A program made the translations under genes and the position numbers. Shown here one piece after another: positions 18,816 to 28,658 of a stretch of DNA of 64,000 nt. This stretch comes from an archaeon (GTDB lineage Archaea; Nanobdellota; Nanobdellia; Pacearchaeales; GW2011-AR1). Below the pieces are notes generated by a model. That model saw nothing but the letters and a program-made list of their open reading frames with translations, had not been told where the DNA came from and did no database searches. Position 1 is the stretch's first letter, and each line of letters begins with the position of its first letter. Where the stretch lies: NCBI GenBank assembly GCA_027343665.1, contig DAHWKL010000001.1:313294-377293 (forward strand). Reading direction: 5' to 3'.

Positions 18816-19034
18816 TTAATCAAGGTAATAAGTATTGGAGGCAAACTTTTTTTTGCACCTTGGACATTCCCATACTCCTTTTGATATTCTTTTCACTCCG
18901 AGCTTTTCGCAAAAAGGGCATTTCTGCTTTAAGTTCTGCTTTGATTCTACCTCAACAAGTTTATCCTTGACTGTCTTTCCATACCTTGCTCCGAATCTTC
19001 CTGCTGATTTTGTTTTTTTTGATTTTGTTGTCAT
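18816..19034 (-). CDS. rpl37ae: ribosomal protein L37ae (eL43)
   Basis: Start taken at MTTKSKK; GRFGARYG and C4 zinc ribbon (CPFC...CPRC) as in L37ae; the longer ORF would run through tRNA-Pro. Confidence 0.75.
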   Translation of the reverse strand: MTTKSKKTKSAGRFGARYGKTVKDKLVEVESKQNLKQKCPFCEKLGVKRISKGVWECPRCKKKFASNTYYLD

Positions 19035-19043
19035 TGTTTTAGA

Positions 19044-19116
19044 TGGGGCTGCCCGGATTTGAACCGGGGTCGAGAGGTCCCAAACCTCTAAGGCTACCAG
19101 GCTACCCCACAGCCCC
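19044..19116 (-). tRNA. tRNA-Pro (anticodon UGG)
   Basis: 73-nt cloverleaf; 7-bp acceptor stem; anticodon loop UUUGGGA; T-arm CCCGGUUCAAAUCCGGG. Confidence 0.8.
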
Positions 19117-19148
19117 ATAAGTTAAGGGGAATTGTTTAATTTATAAAC

Positions 19149-19832
19149 TTATTTTTTGGCTGGCTTGGCCGGCACTTTCTCAGCCACTTTTGCCGTCGTT
19201 GTTGCAGCTGGCGTGGCGGCTGGTGCTGCTGCTGCCGCGGCTGCCGCTGCAGCTTCTTTTTGCTCAGCTTCTACCTTAAGCTGTTTATCTTGTGCTGATT
19301 TTAAGTTTTCAAAAAATTCTTTTATTTGTTTTTTCTTATCTGCAGAAACTTCAGTTTTTTCTTCTTTTATCTCTTTATCAAACTTACCTTCATCGACCAT
19401 TTTTTCAACCTCAACGGGATTCATATTTTCAACCAGGATTCCAAGACTGACACAACTTCCGATAACAGTTTTGACTGCAGTCTTCAAATCATTACAAAGA
19501 AGATTAGGCATCTTTGATTTTGCAACAGAAATTATCTGTTCGATTGAGAGATTTCCAACTTTAATCTTTTTCTGAAGGCCTGACCCGACTTGTATCCCTG
19601 CTTCTTTTTTCAATAAACCTGACACGGGAGGCGAAGATACATTAACCTCGAAAGTCTTCGTTTTCAGGTCTACCACAATATCAACCGGAACCTGCATTCC
19701 CTTGAAAGCCTGAGTTGAAACATTTACTTGATCTATAACTTTATTAATAGGTATTCCTGCAGGACCCAGTTTCTGGCTAAGAGCTGGGCCTGGTTTCATT
19801 GCCCCACCATCAACCAACAGTTTTATGTTCAT
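19149..19832 (-). CDS. rpl11: ribosomal protein L11 (uL11) with ~70-aa Ala/Lys-rich C-terminal extension
   Basis: N-terminal ~155 aa is typical L11 (KPGPALSQKLGPAGI...); C-terminal EAAAAAAAAAAPAATPAATTTAKVAEKVPAKPAKK tail. Confidence 0.85.
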   Translation of the reverse strand: MNIKLLVDGGAMKPGPALSQKLGPAGIPINKVIDQVNVSTQAFKGMQVPVDIVVDLKTKTFEVNVSSPPVSGLLKKEAGIQVGSGLQKKIKVGNLSIEQIISVAKSKMPNLLCNDLKTAVKTVIGSCVSLGILVENMNPVEVEKMVDEGKFDKEIKEEKTEVSADKKKQIKEFFENLKSAQDKQLKVEAEQKEAAAAAAAAAAPAATPAATTTAKVAEKVPAKPAKK

Positions 19833-20281
19833 TTTTCTTCTTCTCCTTCTCTCCTTATAACCTTAACATTATCAAGTTTTATTGTGACTGGCAAGGGTAC
19901 AACTGCACCAAGTAAGCTCACAACTACTTCTTCCTTCTGTTTGTCTATTCTTAAAACTTTTGCTTTTTCCCCTTTAAGAGTAGAACCAATAATCTCAACA
20001 ATATCTCCTTCTTCAATTGAAACCGTCGCTGCACTTGTCTCAAGCATATTCTTTATCTCATCGTAAGAGATAGTTTTTCCGACGATGCCTTTTATGTAGG
20101 GAAGATTATAAACAGCCTCTTCAGCTGATTCTCTGTCTTCGGACTCGAGGATTATGTATCCCCTTAAACCATGTGGTCTCAAAACAGAATAGACATTAAG
20201 ATTTTTCTTCTTACCTCTATCGGCAATCATCTCAATCGCCGAATCTTCCTTGTTTGTCTGAACTTTTACTATAAATATCAT
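19829..20281 (-). CDS. spt5: transcription elongation factor Spt5 (NusG)
   Basis: 150 aa with NGN domain plus KOW motif; conserved secE-nusG-rpl11 order. Confidence 0.85.
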   Translation of the reverse strand: MIFIVKVQTNKEDSAIEMIADRGKKKNLNVYSVLRPHGLRGYIILESEDRESAEEAVYNLPYIKGIVGKTISYDEIKNMLETSAATVSIEEGDIVEIIGSTLKGEKAKVLRIDKQKEEVVVSLLGAVVPLPVTIKLDNVKVIRREGEEEK

Positions 20282-20357
20282 TTCTCAAACTACCTCAAAA
20301 CTTTAGAAGTAGTAATATTAATTAAAAGAGATGCTTTATAAAAGTTTTTATTAAGAT

Positions 20358-20543
20358 TTATTGGAAAAATCCAATGATAATCGAAATTATAAACCCAATA
20401 AATCCAAGTATCACGATACCTATTGCTGAAATCTTAGCAGTCATTGTAAACTCTTTTTTTGACGGCTTTTTCAAGGTCTTCCATACTCTTATGCATTTAT
20501 GATAAAAAGTTTTCAAATTTTCCATATAAAAAAATGACTTCAA
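20358..20543 (-). CDS. secE: protein translocase subunit SecE (Sec61 gamma)
   Basis: 61 aa with a basic N-terminus and single C-terminal TM; position upstream of nusG (true start may be the internal MENLK). Confidence 0.6.
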   Translation of the reverse strand: MKSFFYMENLKTFYHKCIRVWKTLKKPSKKEFTMTAKISAIGIVILGFIGFIISIIIGFFQ

Positions 20544-20555
20544 GAGTTTTTAAAA

Positions 20556-21653
20556 TTATTCCAAAAACTCAATCCCTAATTCTTCTTCCATCTCACGGTG
20601 CTTTAAAGATTCAAAGTCTTCACCACGGCCTAAAACTTGTGAACTTCTCACACCTGTAACAATCAAAAGGACCCTTATCGATTTGTCCATATCAGGAGAT
20701 ATCTTTGCACCCCAAATCATTTTCGCATCTGGGGAAAGCTTTCCGCCAACTTCATGTATTATATCTTTACATTCTTCAAGGCTCATGTCAGGCCCACCAA
20801 TTATATTCACAAGAGCTCCTTTGGCTCCCGAGATGTCAACATCAAGAAGAGGATTGCGTATCGCTTTTGTGACTGCATCAAGGGCCCTTTTCTCAGTATC
20901 ACTTTCCCCCATGCCAATCAATGAAACTCCTCCTTCGACCATAACTGCTCTTATGTCGGCAAAGTCCAAATTGACAAGGCCTGAAGTCGTGACAAGTTCA
21001 GTCACGCCTTTCACAGCATTTGTCAAAATCTCATCGGCAATTTTGAAAGCAGTATGAAGAGGAAGTTCCGGAGCGAGCTCAAGAAGTTTATCGTTAGGAA
21101 TCACTATCAAAGTGTCCGTGAGCGCTTCCATCCTCTCAAGTCCATAAACAGCATTTTCAATTCTTTTCGCACCTTCTATCGTGAAAGGCATAGTCACAAC
21201 TCCAATAGTCAAAGCACCAAGTTTTTTTGCAATTGAAGAAACAACTGGAGCAGCACCCGTACCTGTTCCACCACCCATACCGCATGTGATGAAAACCATA
21301 TCACTTCCAGAAAGTTTCTTTTTGATTTCAGATTCCGATTCTTTAGCAGCTTCTTCACCTACCTTTGGGTTGCTTCCTGCGCCAAGCCCCTGAGTAAGCT
21401 CTTTTCCAAGAAGAATTTTTTGATCAGCATCCGTATAAAGAAGATCCTGCGCATCAGTGTTCATAGCTATAAGTTCCCCACCTTTGATGCCAATTTCTTT
21501 CATACGGTTGAGAGAATTCCCTCCCCCTCCTCCAATCCCAACAACCTTGATTCTCGTCGCCTGTTTTTTTATAATCTCTTCAAGCTCCTTATCAACCTCT
21601 TTCACGTTTGAAGAACTCAGCGCAACATCCAGTTCAGAATAATCTTCTTCCAT
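20556..21653 (-). CDS. ftsZ: cell division GTPase FtsZ
   Basis: GGGGNSLNRM and GMGGGTGTGAAPVV tubulin/FtsZ signature motifs; 365 aa. Confidence 0.9.
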   Translation of the reverse strand: MEEDYSELDVALSSSNVKEVDKELEEIIKKQATRIKVVGIGGGGGNSLNRMKEIGIKGGELIAMNTDAQDLLYTDADQKILLGKELTQGLGAGSNPKVGEEAAKESESEIKKKLSGSDMVFITCGMGGGTGTGAAPVVSSIAKKLGALTIGVVTMPFTIEGAKRIENAVYGLERMEALTDTLIVIPNDKLLELAPELPLHTAFKIADEILTNAVKGVTELVTTSGLVNLDFADIRAVMVEGGVSLIGMGESDTEKRALDAVTKAIRNPLLDVDISGAKGALVNIIGGPDMSLEECKDIIHEVGGKLSPDAKMIWGAKISPDMDKSIRVLLIVTGVRSSQVLGRGEDFESLKHREMEEELGIEFLE

Positions 21654-21763
21654 TAATAAACATGATTAAATCCATTTATAAAAATTGTTGTGGTTTCAAG
21701 CCAGATGAACCGCTTAAGATAATTAAGTGGATTATACTTAGAAAAATTAATAATCAAGATTTC

Positions 21764-22435
21764 TTATTTTGAATTATCTTTTTCAGATTTTACCGACTCA
21801 GTTAATTTCATCTCCACATCCATACCAAGCATTTCCTTGTATTTGTCTTTGAAAAGTTCGGCGAAACTTGAAAGCTCTTGGGGTATTTCAATCGAAATTT
21901 TTTTTCCGCTCACATTGAATTTAAGCTCCTGCGAGCCCAAGAAAAATTCATTTAAGGACTTAATCTTCTCATCCAGACTGTCAATTTTCTTTAAAATTTT
22001 AATTTTATACTCTACACCCTTTCCGGCAAGTGGATTATTAAAATCTATTATAACCCTTCCACTTGTAACTGTGAGAACCTTAGCAATTCTCCCGTCGAAA
22101 TTAAAAACGCTGCCCGGAATTGGATTTAGATTGCTGTCTTTGAAAGTTTTCAGAGGAACCATCTGGATAAGTTTTGGGTCTCTTTTTCCGAAAGCGTCCT
22201 CCGGATTGAGAGAGAGGTCATATTCGCCGATATCTTTCCCAATTAAAAATTTATCAACACCCTTAAGAAACATTCCTTCTCCCAGGCAAAAAATAAATGG
22301 TTTTGTCTCGACAGGGTGATTGTGCCCTGAATGAAGTTTTTCTAGATGTTCTTTCACATTTGAGTCAAAAACCTCTCCGCCTTTGACACGCCCCGTAAAC
22401 TCAATTGCTATAAAATCTTTTTTTTGAAGAGCCAT
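21764..22435 (-). CDS. FKBP-type peptidyl-prolyl cis-trans isomerase (SlyD-like with insert domain)
   Basis: N-terminal FTGRVKGGEVFDSN FKBP motif; 223 aa. Confidence 0.75.
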   Translation of the reverse strand: MALQKKDFIAIEFTGRVKGGEVFDSNVKEHLEKLHSGHNHPVETKPFIFCLGEGMFLKGVDKFLIGKDIGEYDLSLNPEDAFGKRDPKLIQMVPLKTFKDSNLNPIPGSVFNFDGRIAKVLTVTSGRVIIDFNNPLAGKGVEYKIKILKKIDSLDEKIKSLNEFFLGSQELKFNVSGKKISIEIPQELSSFAELFKDKYKEMLGMDVEMKLTESVKSEKDNSK

Positions 22436-22496
22436 GATAAACGATGATTGAATGAATAGTTTATAAAATTTGTTGGTGCAGGGAAGTGGGGAAAAT

Positions 22497-23201
22497 TCAT
22501 TCGAATAATCTGTCTGAAAGCTCTTTTAGTTTGGCGTTCCTTTCGGCAGAAATTTCGCCAAACTTCGGAAAATTTCTTTCAAGCCCGTATGCAATCGGCT
22601 TGAAAGCACCGTAAATAAGTTTGCATTCTGATACAATCATATCGGAATATAACTCGGGACGGGAGGAAACATCTATCATGTTCAGGCCATTTACTGGCCA
22701 GTCGTAATTGAATTCTCTTTTTATAGTCATCAGATGTTTTTGAAAGAATGATGCCTCAAGACTACCAAAATCGTGAGCAAAATCTCGATTAAGTTCATTA
22801 TTCAATCTCGAAATATCCAATTTCGAGCTTTTCAACCTTGAGAGAATCGCTGAGGAGATAAATTTTTTATCCACTTTGTGATTGTCTTTACTTGGATAAT
22901 CCAAATTAAATGAATACCCGAAACAGCCCTCATACCATTTTATACGAGGGTTAGAAGAACGATGCATGTGCAAAGAGATAAATTTATTCCCATCTATCTG
23001 ATAAATTAGTTGAAAATTCCCAGGCTCAGAAGGAAATTCTGTTTCTTGGACATGATTTAAATTAAGCTCTCCTGTAAAAAACCCATTTGCTCCCTTAGCC
23101 ACAATTTGGTAAAAAAAATCAACATATTCATCTTTACAGACTTTTTTATGATATTCTTCCAACTTTTTATCAATGAATTGGTCTATCTCCTCCTTGTTCA
23201 T
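22497..23201 (-). CDS. hypothetical protein (third gene of unknown operon)
   Basis: 234-aa ORF; 4-nt overlap with the upstream gene; no recognisable motifs. Confidence 0.5.
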   Translation of the reverse strand: MNKEEIDQFIDKKLEEYHKKVCKDEYVDFFYQIVAKGANGFFTGELNLNHVQETEFPSEPGNFQLIYQIDGNKFISLHMHRSSNPRIKWYEGCFGYSFNLDYPSKDNHKVDKKFISSAILSRLKSSKLDISRLNNELNRDFAHDFGSLEASFFQKHLMTIKREFNYDWPVNGLNMIDVSSRPELYSDMIVSECKLIYGAFKPIAYGLERNFPKFGEISAERNAKLKELSDRLFE

Positions 23202-23695
23202 CCTCTCTCTCCCCTAAGTGCCTCGACAATTTTTTTATAATCCTCATTGTCAGAAGTTATCGGGATGACCTTTTCAGGGATGCAATTTCCGAAGATAAGA
23301 TCGGCACCTCTACGATACCTATATCTAAAAATTCCTTCTACGTTTCTTTTGGCCCCGTGCAACTTCTCCCAAAAACCTGGAATCTTCACTCTTTCGCCAT
23401 AATCTTTCAGCAGCCAAAGGTTATCCACCACATACACTCCAAAGTATGGCCCAATCACCAAATGGTCCGGGAGAGGAATTGGAAGAATTGAAATGAGATC
23501 ATAACTCCCGAAAGAACCTTCCCCAAATCTGAATTTTTCTTTCTCAGCTATTGCTTCAAGAGCATTCATATCAAGATCATTAAAATTAATTTCTTCAAGC
23601 CTGAAGAGAGAATCAATATAAGGGAATAAATTTTCATTATCTATACTTTGTGTCATAGATTCAACTCCCCTGGAATAATATTGTTCTGTTTTCAT
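23198..23695 (-). CDS. hypothetical protein (second gene of unknown operon)
   Basis: 165-aa ORF; tight spacing with neighbours. Confidence 0.5.
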   Translation of the reverse strand: MKTEQYYSRGVESMTQSIDNENLFPYIDSLFRLEEINFNDLDMNALEAIAEKEKFRFGEGSFGSYDLISILPIPLPDHLVIGPYFGVYVVDNLWLLKDYGERVKIPGFWEKLHGAKRNVEGIFRYRYRRGADLIFGNCIPEKVIPITSDNEDYKKIVEALRGERG

Positions 23696-23724
23696 TTTTA
23701 AATCACTTTATTTTTGTCCTCCCA

Positions 23725-24309
23725 TTAATCATATAACGCTATCACTTCATCCGTTGGGCTGAACAGCTTTGATTGAAATGACTCTGGATTTGATATCTTT
23801 CCCACATAAAAGTAATTATCGTGAAATTCATCTTTAATCGTTTTGTAGGTCATTTGCGTCTTTAAGTCATCTTTCATTTTTTTCATGAGATAATCCCTAG
23901 CCAAAGAGATAGAACGATCTGCATGAATATCTATTACAAAGAGGTATTTCTTCATTAATTTTCCTAAAAGTCCCCCTTTCCCTTTCCTTATCTCTTCCTT
24001 ATACACATCAGTTTTCATTGCGTCATCTTCATTTATTGCAAATGAACTGAACATTCTATGCATAGTTATCCCTTGAACCAAATAAAGACCCCAATCAGTT
24101 TTCTCAATGAAATCTTTACTCTGGATTGCTTGTATATACCCCATCCAGTCAAGGCGGGACCTAGGGGTATCAGCAACATAATACGTATCAAGCTTTGGAG
24201 GGATAATTATCCCATATGTGCTTTTTCTGGTGTCCTGTATTTGTACCCTTTCTGATTTTTCCAACGCTTTTATCAAATCCGATTTATTTTCAATTCTTAA
24301 GTTTTTCAT
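23725..24309 (-). CDS. hypothetical protein (first gene of unknown operon)
   Basis: Start taken at MKNLRIENK (ATG 24307-24309); the longer ORF begins with an unlikely hydrophobic leader; AT-rich divergent promoter region upstream. Confidence 0.45.
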   Translation of the reverse strand: MKNLRIENKSDLIKALEKSERVQIQDTRKSTYGIIIPPKLDTYYVADTPRSRLDWMGYIQAIQSKDFIEKTDWGLYLVQGITMHRMFSSFAINEDDAMKTDVYKEEIRKGKGGLLGKLMKKYLFVIDIHADRSISLARDYLMKKMKDDLKTQMTYKTIKDEFHDNYFYVGKISNPESFQSKLFSPTDEVIALYD

Positions 24310-24438
24310 TTTCCTATTTCCTTCAGTTGTGTTTTTCACAACTTGATAGTAGTATGCAATTACACATATATAAAGGTTTTTTCTCCAAAAGATTATTTTC
24401 AAGTAAAATTTATAAATATATTACTTATAATTTAACTT

Positions 24439-25407
24439 ATGATAAAAATTGATGTAAAAGACAAAAAAATCCTCTCGCTACTTGATGAGAACGCACGTTA
24501 CACCAATTCCCAGATTGCAAAAAGAGTGCACTTGAGCAAACCTGCCGTTGAATATAGAATCCAAGGGCTCGTAAAAAAAGGTGCTATATTCTCGCATTAC
24601 ACAGTTATAAATTTTACAAAACTCGGTTACTCACAGTATAAAATCTATTTCAAATTTCAGAACACTTCAATGGATGAAGAAAAGAAAATGATTAATTATT
24701 GGATTAATGATAAAAACTCAATCTGGGTCGGTGAGATGCGCGGGCGCTGGGATCTTGCGGTTTCAGTCCTGTCAAAATCCAACTTCGAATTCGGAAGAAT
24801 ACTTGGAAAATTCATGAACCATTTTTCAAAATTTATCTTAGAGAAAGATATCCTTCTGACGGAATATTCCCCAGTTTATTCCAGAGAATATTTGGCTCAA
24901 GGCAAAGAAAGGAAAAAGTTCGAATTTATTTACGGGGTTCCCGAGAGAATCTACGAACTTGATGAAATAGACAGGAGAATATTAAAAGAAATTTCTAATA
25001 ACACACGCGCAACAATCATCGAAATCTCTGGTAAATTGAATCTTTCAAGAGATGTGATAAATTACAGGATGAAAAAACTCCTTAAAGATAAGATCATCAT
25101 CCAATTTAGGACTTTTCCGAACCTTGAGAACTTAGGGATAAAATTTTACAAGATAATTGTCCGGACAAAGAACTTCAATGAGACTGAAGAAGAAAAGATG
25201 AAAGATTACGTAAGGAATAACAAAAAGGTAACGCAGTTACTGAAATTAATCGGCTCATGGGATCTGGAACTTGAAATTGAATCCGAGAATGAAGATGAAC
25301 TTTACGGAATTATTTCCGACATAAGGAAAAATTTCTCCGAAGTAATAAGAGACTTTGACATATTAAGAATAACAAAGACTCATAAATACAATTACTTCCC
25401 CTTCTAG
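24439..25407 (+). CDS. tandem-domain Lrp/AsnC-family transcriptional regulator
   Basis: 322 aa; two repeats of HTH (e.g. ARYTNSQIAKRVHLSKPAVEYRIQGL) plus RAM-like domain; divergent from the unknown operon. Confidence 0.6.
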   Translation: MIKIDVKDKKILSLLDENARYTNSQIAKRVHLSKPAVEYRIQGLVKKGAIFSHYTVINFTKLGYSQYKIYFKFQNTSMDEEKKMINYWINDKNSIWVGEMRGRWDLAVSVLSKSNFEFGRILGKFMNHFSKFILEKDILLTEYSPVYSREYLAQGKERKKFEFIYGVPERIYELDEIDRRILKEISNNTRATIIEISGKLNLSRDVINYRMKKLLKDKIIIQFRTFPNLENLGIKFYKIIVRTKNFNETEEEKMKDYVRNNKKVTQLLKLIGSWDLELEIESENEDELYGIISDIRKNFSEVIRDFDILRITKTHKYNYFPF

Positions 25408-25451
25408 AAAAATACACAAACTTTTATAAATGAAATTTTTTTATTCATATA

Positions 25452-25841
25452 ATGGTATTGAAAATAATTGATGCAACAGAGGCGAGGGTTGGAACGAACC
25501 TGACTCTCGAAGGTGAATTCTACACTATAAAAAAGATGGATATTTCAAAGACAGGTAAACACGGGCACGCTAAATGCCGTATTGAAGCAGAAAATATGGT
25601 CACAGGATCCAAGAAAGTGTTTGTTGTCCCAGGCCATGAAAGATTTGAAGTTCCTCTTGTAAACAAAAATAAAGGTCAGGTACTGTCTTTATCCGGAGAT
25701 CATGCAAGTATAATGGACCTTGAATCTTTTGAGACAATAGAAGTATCTGTTCCTGAAGAGTTAAAAGACCAGATTCAGGCAAATGATAACGTCGAATATT
25801 GGAATGTCGAAGGGACGCTTATATTGAAAAGGAAGATGTAA
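25452..25841 (+). CDS. eif5a: translation initiation factor 5A (aIF5A)
   Basis: Hypusination loop SKTGKHGHAK; 129 aa. Confidence 0.85.
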   Translation: MVLKIIDATEARVGTNLTLEGEFYTIKKMDISKTGKHGHAKCRIEAENMVTGSKKVFVVPGHERFEVPLVNKNKGQVLSLSGDHASIMDLESFETIEVSVPEELKDQIQANDNVEYWNVEGTLILKRKM

Positions 25842-25895
25842 TTCTTAGAAACCCCAATTAAAAAACTTTTTAAACCATTTATTTCTGTATCAATT

Positions 25896-26060
25896 ATGGC
25901 AACAAAGATTAAAGAAGCACAGGACAGACTTTTCAAAAATATGTTCGTATGCCAGAGATGCGAAACAAAGATGAGAGCTGACCCGCAGAAAATATTGAAG
26001 GGCAAAGTCAAATGCAGAAAATGCGGACGAAGCCAATTCAGAGTTTTGAAGAAGAAATAA
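25896..26060 (+). CDS. rpl40e: ribosomal protein L40e
   Basis: 54-aa hand-translated ORF MATKIKEAQDRLFKNMFVCQRCETKMRADPQKILKGKVKCRKCGRSQFRVLKKK; CxxC...CxxC; below the ORF-caller cutoff. Confidence 0.6.
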   Translation: MATKIKEAQDRLFKNMFVCQRCETKMRADPQKILKGKVKCRKCGRSQFRVLKKK

Positions 26061-26119
26061 ATCCATTTGGAACCGCCACCCTTATAAACTTCTTTTCCAA
26101 ACTAGATTAAGGTGATAAA

Positions 26120-27526
26120 ATGGATGTAATGTTTTGGGACCTGACTCTTATGGCGATTTTTGTCATTGCTATTTCAGTTTTCCTTTATGCAAGAAGGGAG
26201 AGGATAAAAAGGGAAGGATTACTTCTTTTATACCATACCAAGTGGGGCGTAAAATTTATAGACAGATTCGGGAAGAAGCACAAAAAATTTCTAAAAGTCT
26301 TGAGTTATATTTCAGTTATACTTGGTTACATCCTGATGATTTTGATGATCTACCTTTTTGTGCAGATATTATGGGTTTACATTTTCGAAGCAAATATTGT
26401 AAAAACAATAAAACTCCCTCCAATTACTCCACTTATACCTTACCTTCCGCAAATTTTCCAATTGAACTTCCTTCCACCATTTTATTTTTCATATTGGATA
26501 ATAATACTCGCAATTGTTGCCATCACGCATGAATTCTTCCACGGGATTTTCGCTAGGAGCTTTGACGTCAAGACAAAAACAACCGGGTTCGGGTTTTTCC
26601 CATTCTTTTTCCCAGTATTCCTGGCAGCTTTTGTGAACTTAGATGAGAAAACAATGGAGAAAAGAAAAAATTTCCAGCAGATGTCTGTCCTTTCGGCAGG
26701 CACCTTCGCGAATATAATAACAGCGATAATAGGCGGACTTTTGATGATCTTATTCTTTACAGCTTCTTTTGCACCATCAGGTGTCATTTACAATGACTAC
26801 GCTTTTGGGTATGTGAATATGAGCTCGATAACTTCTGTAAATGGCGTCCCTGTACACAATATCTCTTACGGACTTCTGAGCAATATGACCCTACAAGGAA
26901 GGCTCAACAAAATTATTGCAGGAAATGAGACATTTGCAGCAATAAAAGGAATAGTCCCAAATTCAGATCAGATAGCACTTTATTATGATTCTCCCGCCTT
27001 AAAAGATAATCTTAGCGGGGCCATAATCTCTCTTGACGGAAAAAAAGTCGCAAGTCTTGATGGACTTGGTTCACTTATACAAAACCATTCAGCAGGAGAC
27101 AAGATAATCCTCACTCTTTTCAATGGAAGCGCAACATCAAACAAAACAATAACCCTTGAGAACTCACCTGATGGCAAACCATGGATAGGAATCACTTTTG
27201 AAAGCCAGAGCTCATCCGGAATAATAAGCGGAATTACGAATTGGTTAGCTTCATATAAAGACCCGCATATTTATTACACTGAAAGATTCACAGGAGCAGA
27301 TTTCATATATAACTTACTTTGGTGGCTTGTACTTGTTTCATTCAGCATAGCTCTTGTAAACATGCTTCCTGTTGGAATTTTTGACGGCGGAAGATTCTTC
27401 TACCTCACAGTTTTATCAATAACAAAATCAAAAAAAATAGCTGAAAAAACTTTCAAGTTCGTGACTTACCTTTTCCTTGTACTGCTTCTTGTCCTGATGA
27501 TATTCTGGGCAAAGAATTTCTTCTGA
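26120..27526 (+). CDS. site-2 protease (M50 family zinc metalloprotease) with PDZ-like insert
   Basis: HEFFHG (HExxH) within a TM helix and LPVGIFDGG (LDG) motif; polytopic; 468 aa. Confidence 0.7.
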   Translation: MDVMFWDLTLMAIFVIAISVFLYARRERIKREGLLLLYHTKWGVKFIDRFGKKHKKFLKVLSYISVILGYILMILMIYLFVQILWVYIFEANIVKTIKLPPITPLIPYLPQIFQLNFLPPFYFSYWIIILAIVAITHEFFHGIFARSFDVKTKTTGFGFFPFFFPVFLAAFVNLDEKTMEKRKNFQQMSVLSAGTFANIITAIIGGLLMILFFTASFAPSGVIYNDYAFGYVNMSSITSVNGVPVHNISYGLLSNMTLQGRLNKIIAGNETFAAIKGIVPNSDQIALYYDSPALKDNLSGAIISLDGKKVASLDGLGSLIQNHSAGDKIILTLFNGSATSNKTITLENSPDGKPWIGITFESQSSSGIISGITNWLASYKDPHIYYTERFTGADFIYNLLWWLVLVSFSIALVNMLPVGIFDGGRFFYLTVLSITKSKKIAEKTFKFVTYLFLVLLLVLMIFWAKNFF

Positions 27527-27599
27527 AACTTTATCTCACAGAAAAAGATTTCATAATATTCTCCATAATTCTTTTAAACGCATGAAATTTTCCTCATGA

Positions 27600-28658
27600 A
27601 TGACATTACAAGAATTGTCAAAAGAAAGGCAAGAACAGCTTAACGAATTGCAGAAAAAGATCCTCATAAGGCAAGGCTACAGACTTGTCGGAAATCATTC
27701 TGCTGTGAAGATATGTGAATGGACAAAGAAATCTCTCCGTGGAGAGGGAAACTGTTACAAATGCACTTTTTACGGAATAAGATCACACCAATGCATGCAA
27801 ATGACAACCTCTATGTTTTGCGCTTCACGCTGCAAATTCTGCTGGAGGGGGCAAAAAGCCCCTGTCGGAAAGGAATGGTACGGTCCGATCGATTCACCTG
27901 AACACATAATCGAACACTCAATTGAAGAACATCTGAAACTTCTTGCAGGTTTTGGGAGCAACAAAAAAATGAATGATAAAAAAAGGGAAGAACATAAAGA
28001 TGTAAGACATGTCGCACTTTCGCTCACCGGTGAACCTATAACTTACCCGCTGATAGATGAGATACTTGAACAATTCCACCAAAGGAGAATATCAACTTTT
28101 TTGGTCACAAATGCACAATTTCCGGAAGCTATAGAAAAAATAAGAAACGTGACCCAACTTTACCTGAGTATAGACGCCCCTTCAAAAGAAAAATTGAAAG
28201 AAATTGACAGGCCACTTTTCTCTGATTACTGGGAAAGAATGAACAAATGCCTTGATCTTCTTGCAACTCGAAGGTACAGAACATGCATAAGGCTCACGAT
28301 GGTAAAAAAAGAAAACATGGACAATTACGAAGAATATGCAAAGCTGATAAACCGCGGCTCACCTGACTTTATAGAACTGAAGTCTTATGTGTGGGTAGGT
28401 GAAAGCCAAAAATATTATCATGTTCCAAACATGCCTTATATGGAAGACATGAAAGAATTCACCAAGAAACTCCTTGAATTCCTGCCTGAATATGAATACT
28501 TATCAAGACACGAACCGTCACGTGCAATTCTTTTGGGAAAAAAGTCCCTCAATAAAAAACATTGGATAAATTTCCCTAAATTTTTTGACCTTGTCGCATC
28601 AGGAACAGATTATACCGCTGAAGATTATTGTTCCGAAAAGATGGAGGATAACAAATGA
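27600..28658 (+). CDS. taw1: tRNA 4-demethylwyosine synthase Taw1 (TYW1), radical SAM
   Basis: CASRCKFCWR radical-SAM cluster motif preceded by the CYKCTFYGIRSHQCMQMT segment typical of Taw1. Confidence 0.75.
   Translation: MTLQELSKERQEQLNELQKKILIRQGYRLVGNHSAVKICEWTKKSLRGEGNCYKCTFYGIRSHQCMQMTTSMFCASRCKFCWRGQKAPVGKEWYGPIDSPEHIIEHSIEEHLKLLAGFGSNKKMNDKKREEHKDVRHVALSLTGEPITYPLIDEILEQFHQRRISTFLVTNAQFPEAIEKIRNVTQLYLSIDAPSKEKLKEIDRPLFSDYWERMNKCLDLLATRRYRTCIRLTMVKKENMDNYEEYAKLINRGSPDFIELKSYVWVGESQKYYHVPNMPYMEDMKEFTKKLLEFLPEYEYLSRHEPSRAILLGKKSLNKKHWINFPKFFDLVASGTDYTAEDYCSEKMEDNK

Noticed and set aside
18816-19118. 100-aa version of the L37ae ORF
   Set aside because: Its first 28 codons run through tRNA-Pro (19044-19116). 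The start at MTTKSKK (19034) is used instead.
19156-20066. Plus-strand ORFs antisense to rpl11 and spt5 (19156-19575, 19326-19517, 19728-20066)
   Set aside because: They are mirror frames of well-supported genes. The poly-Ala stretch is the complement of the L11 Ala/Lys tail codons.
20683-21642. Several plus-strand ORFs antisense to ftsZ
   Set aside because: These are shadow ORFs of a strongly supported gene.
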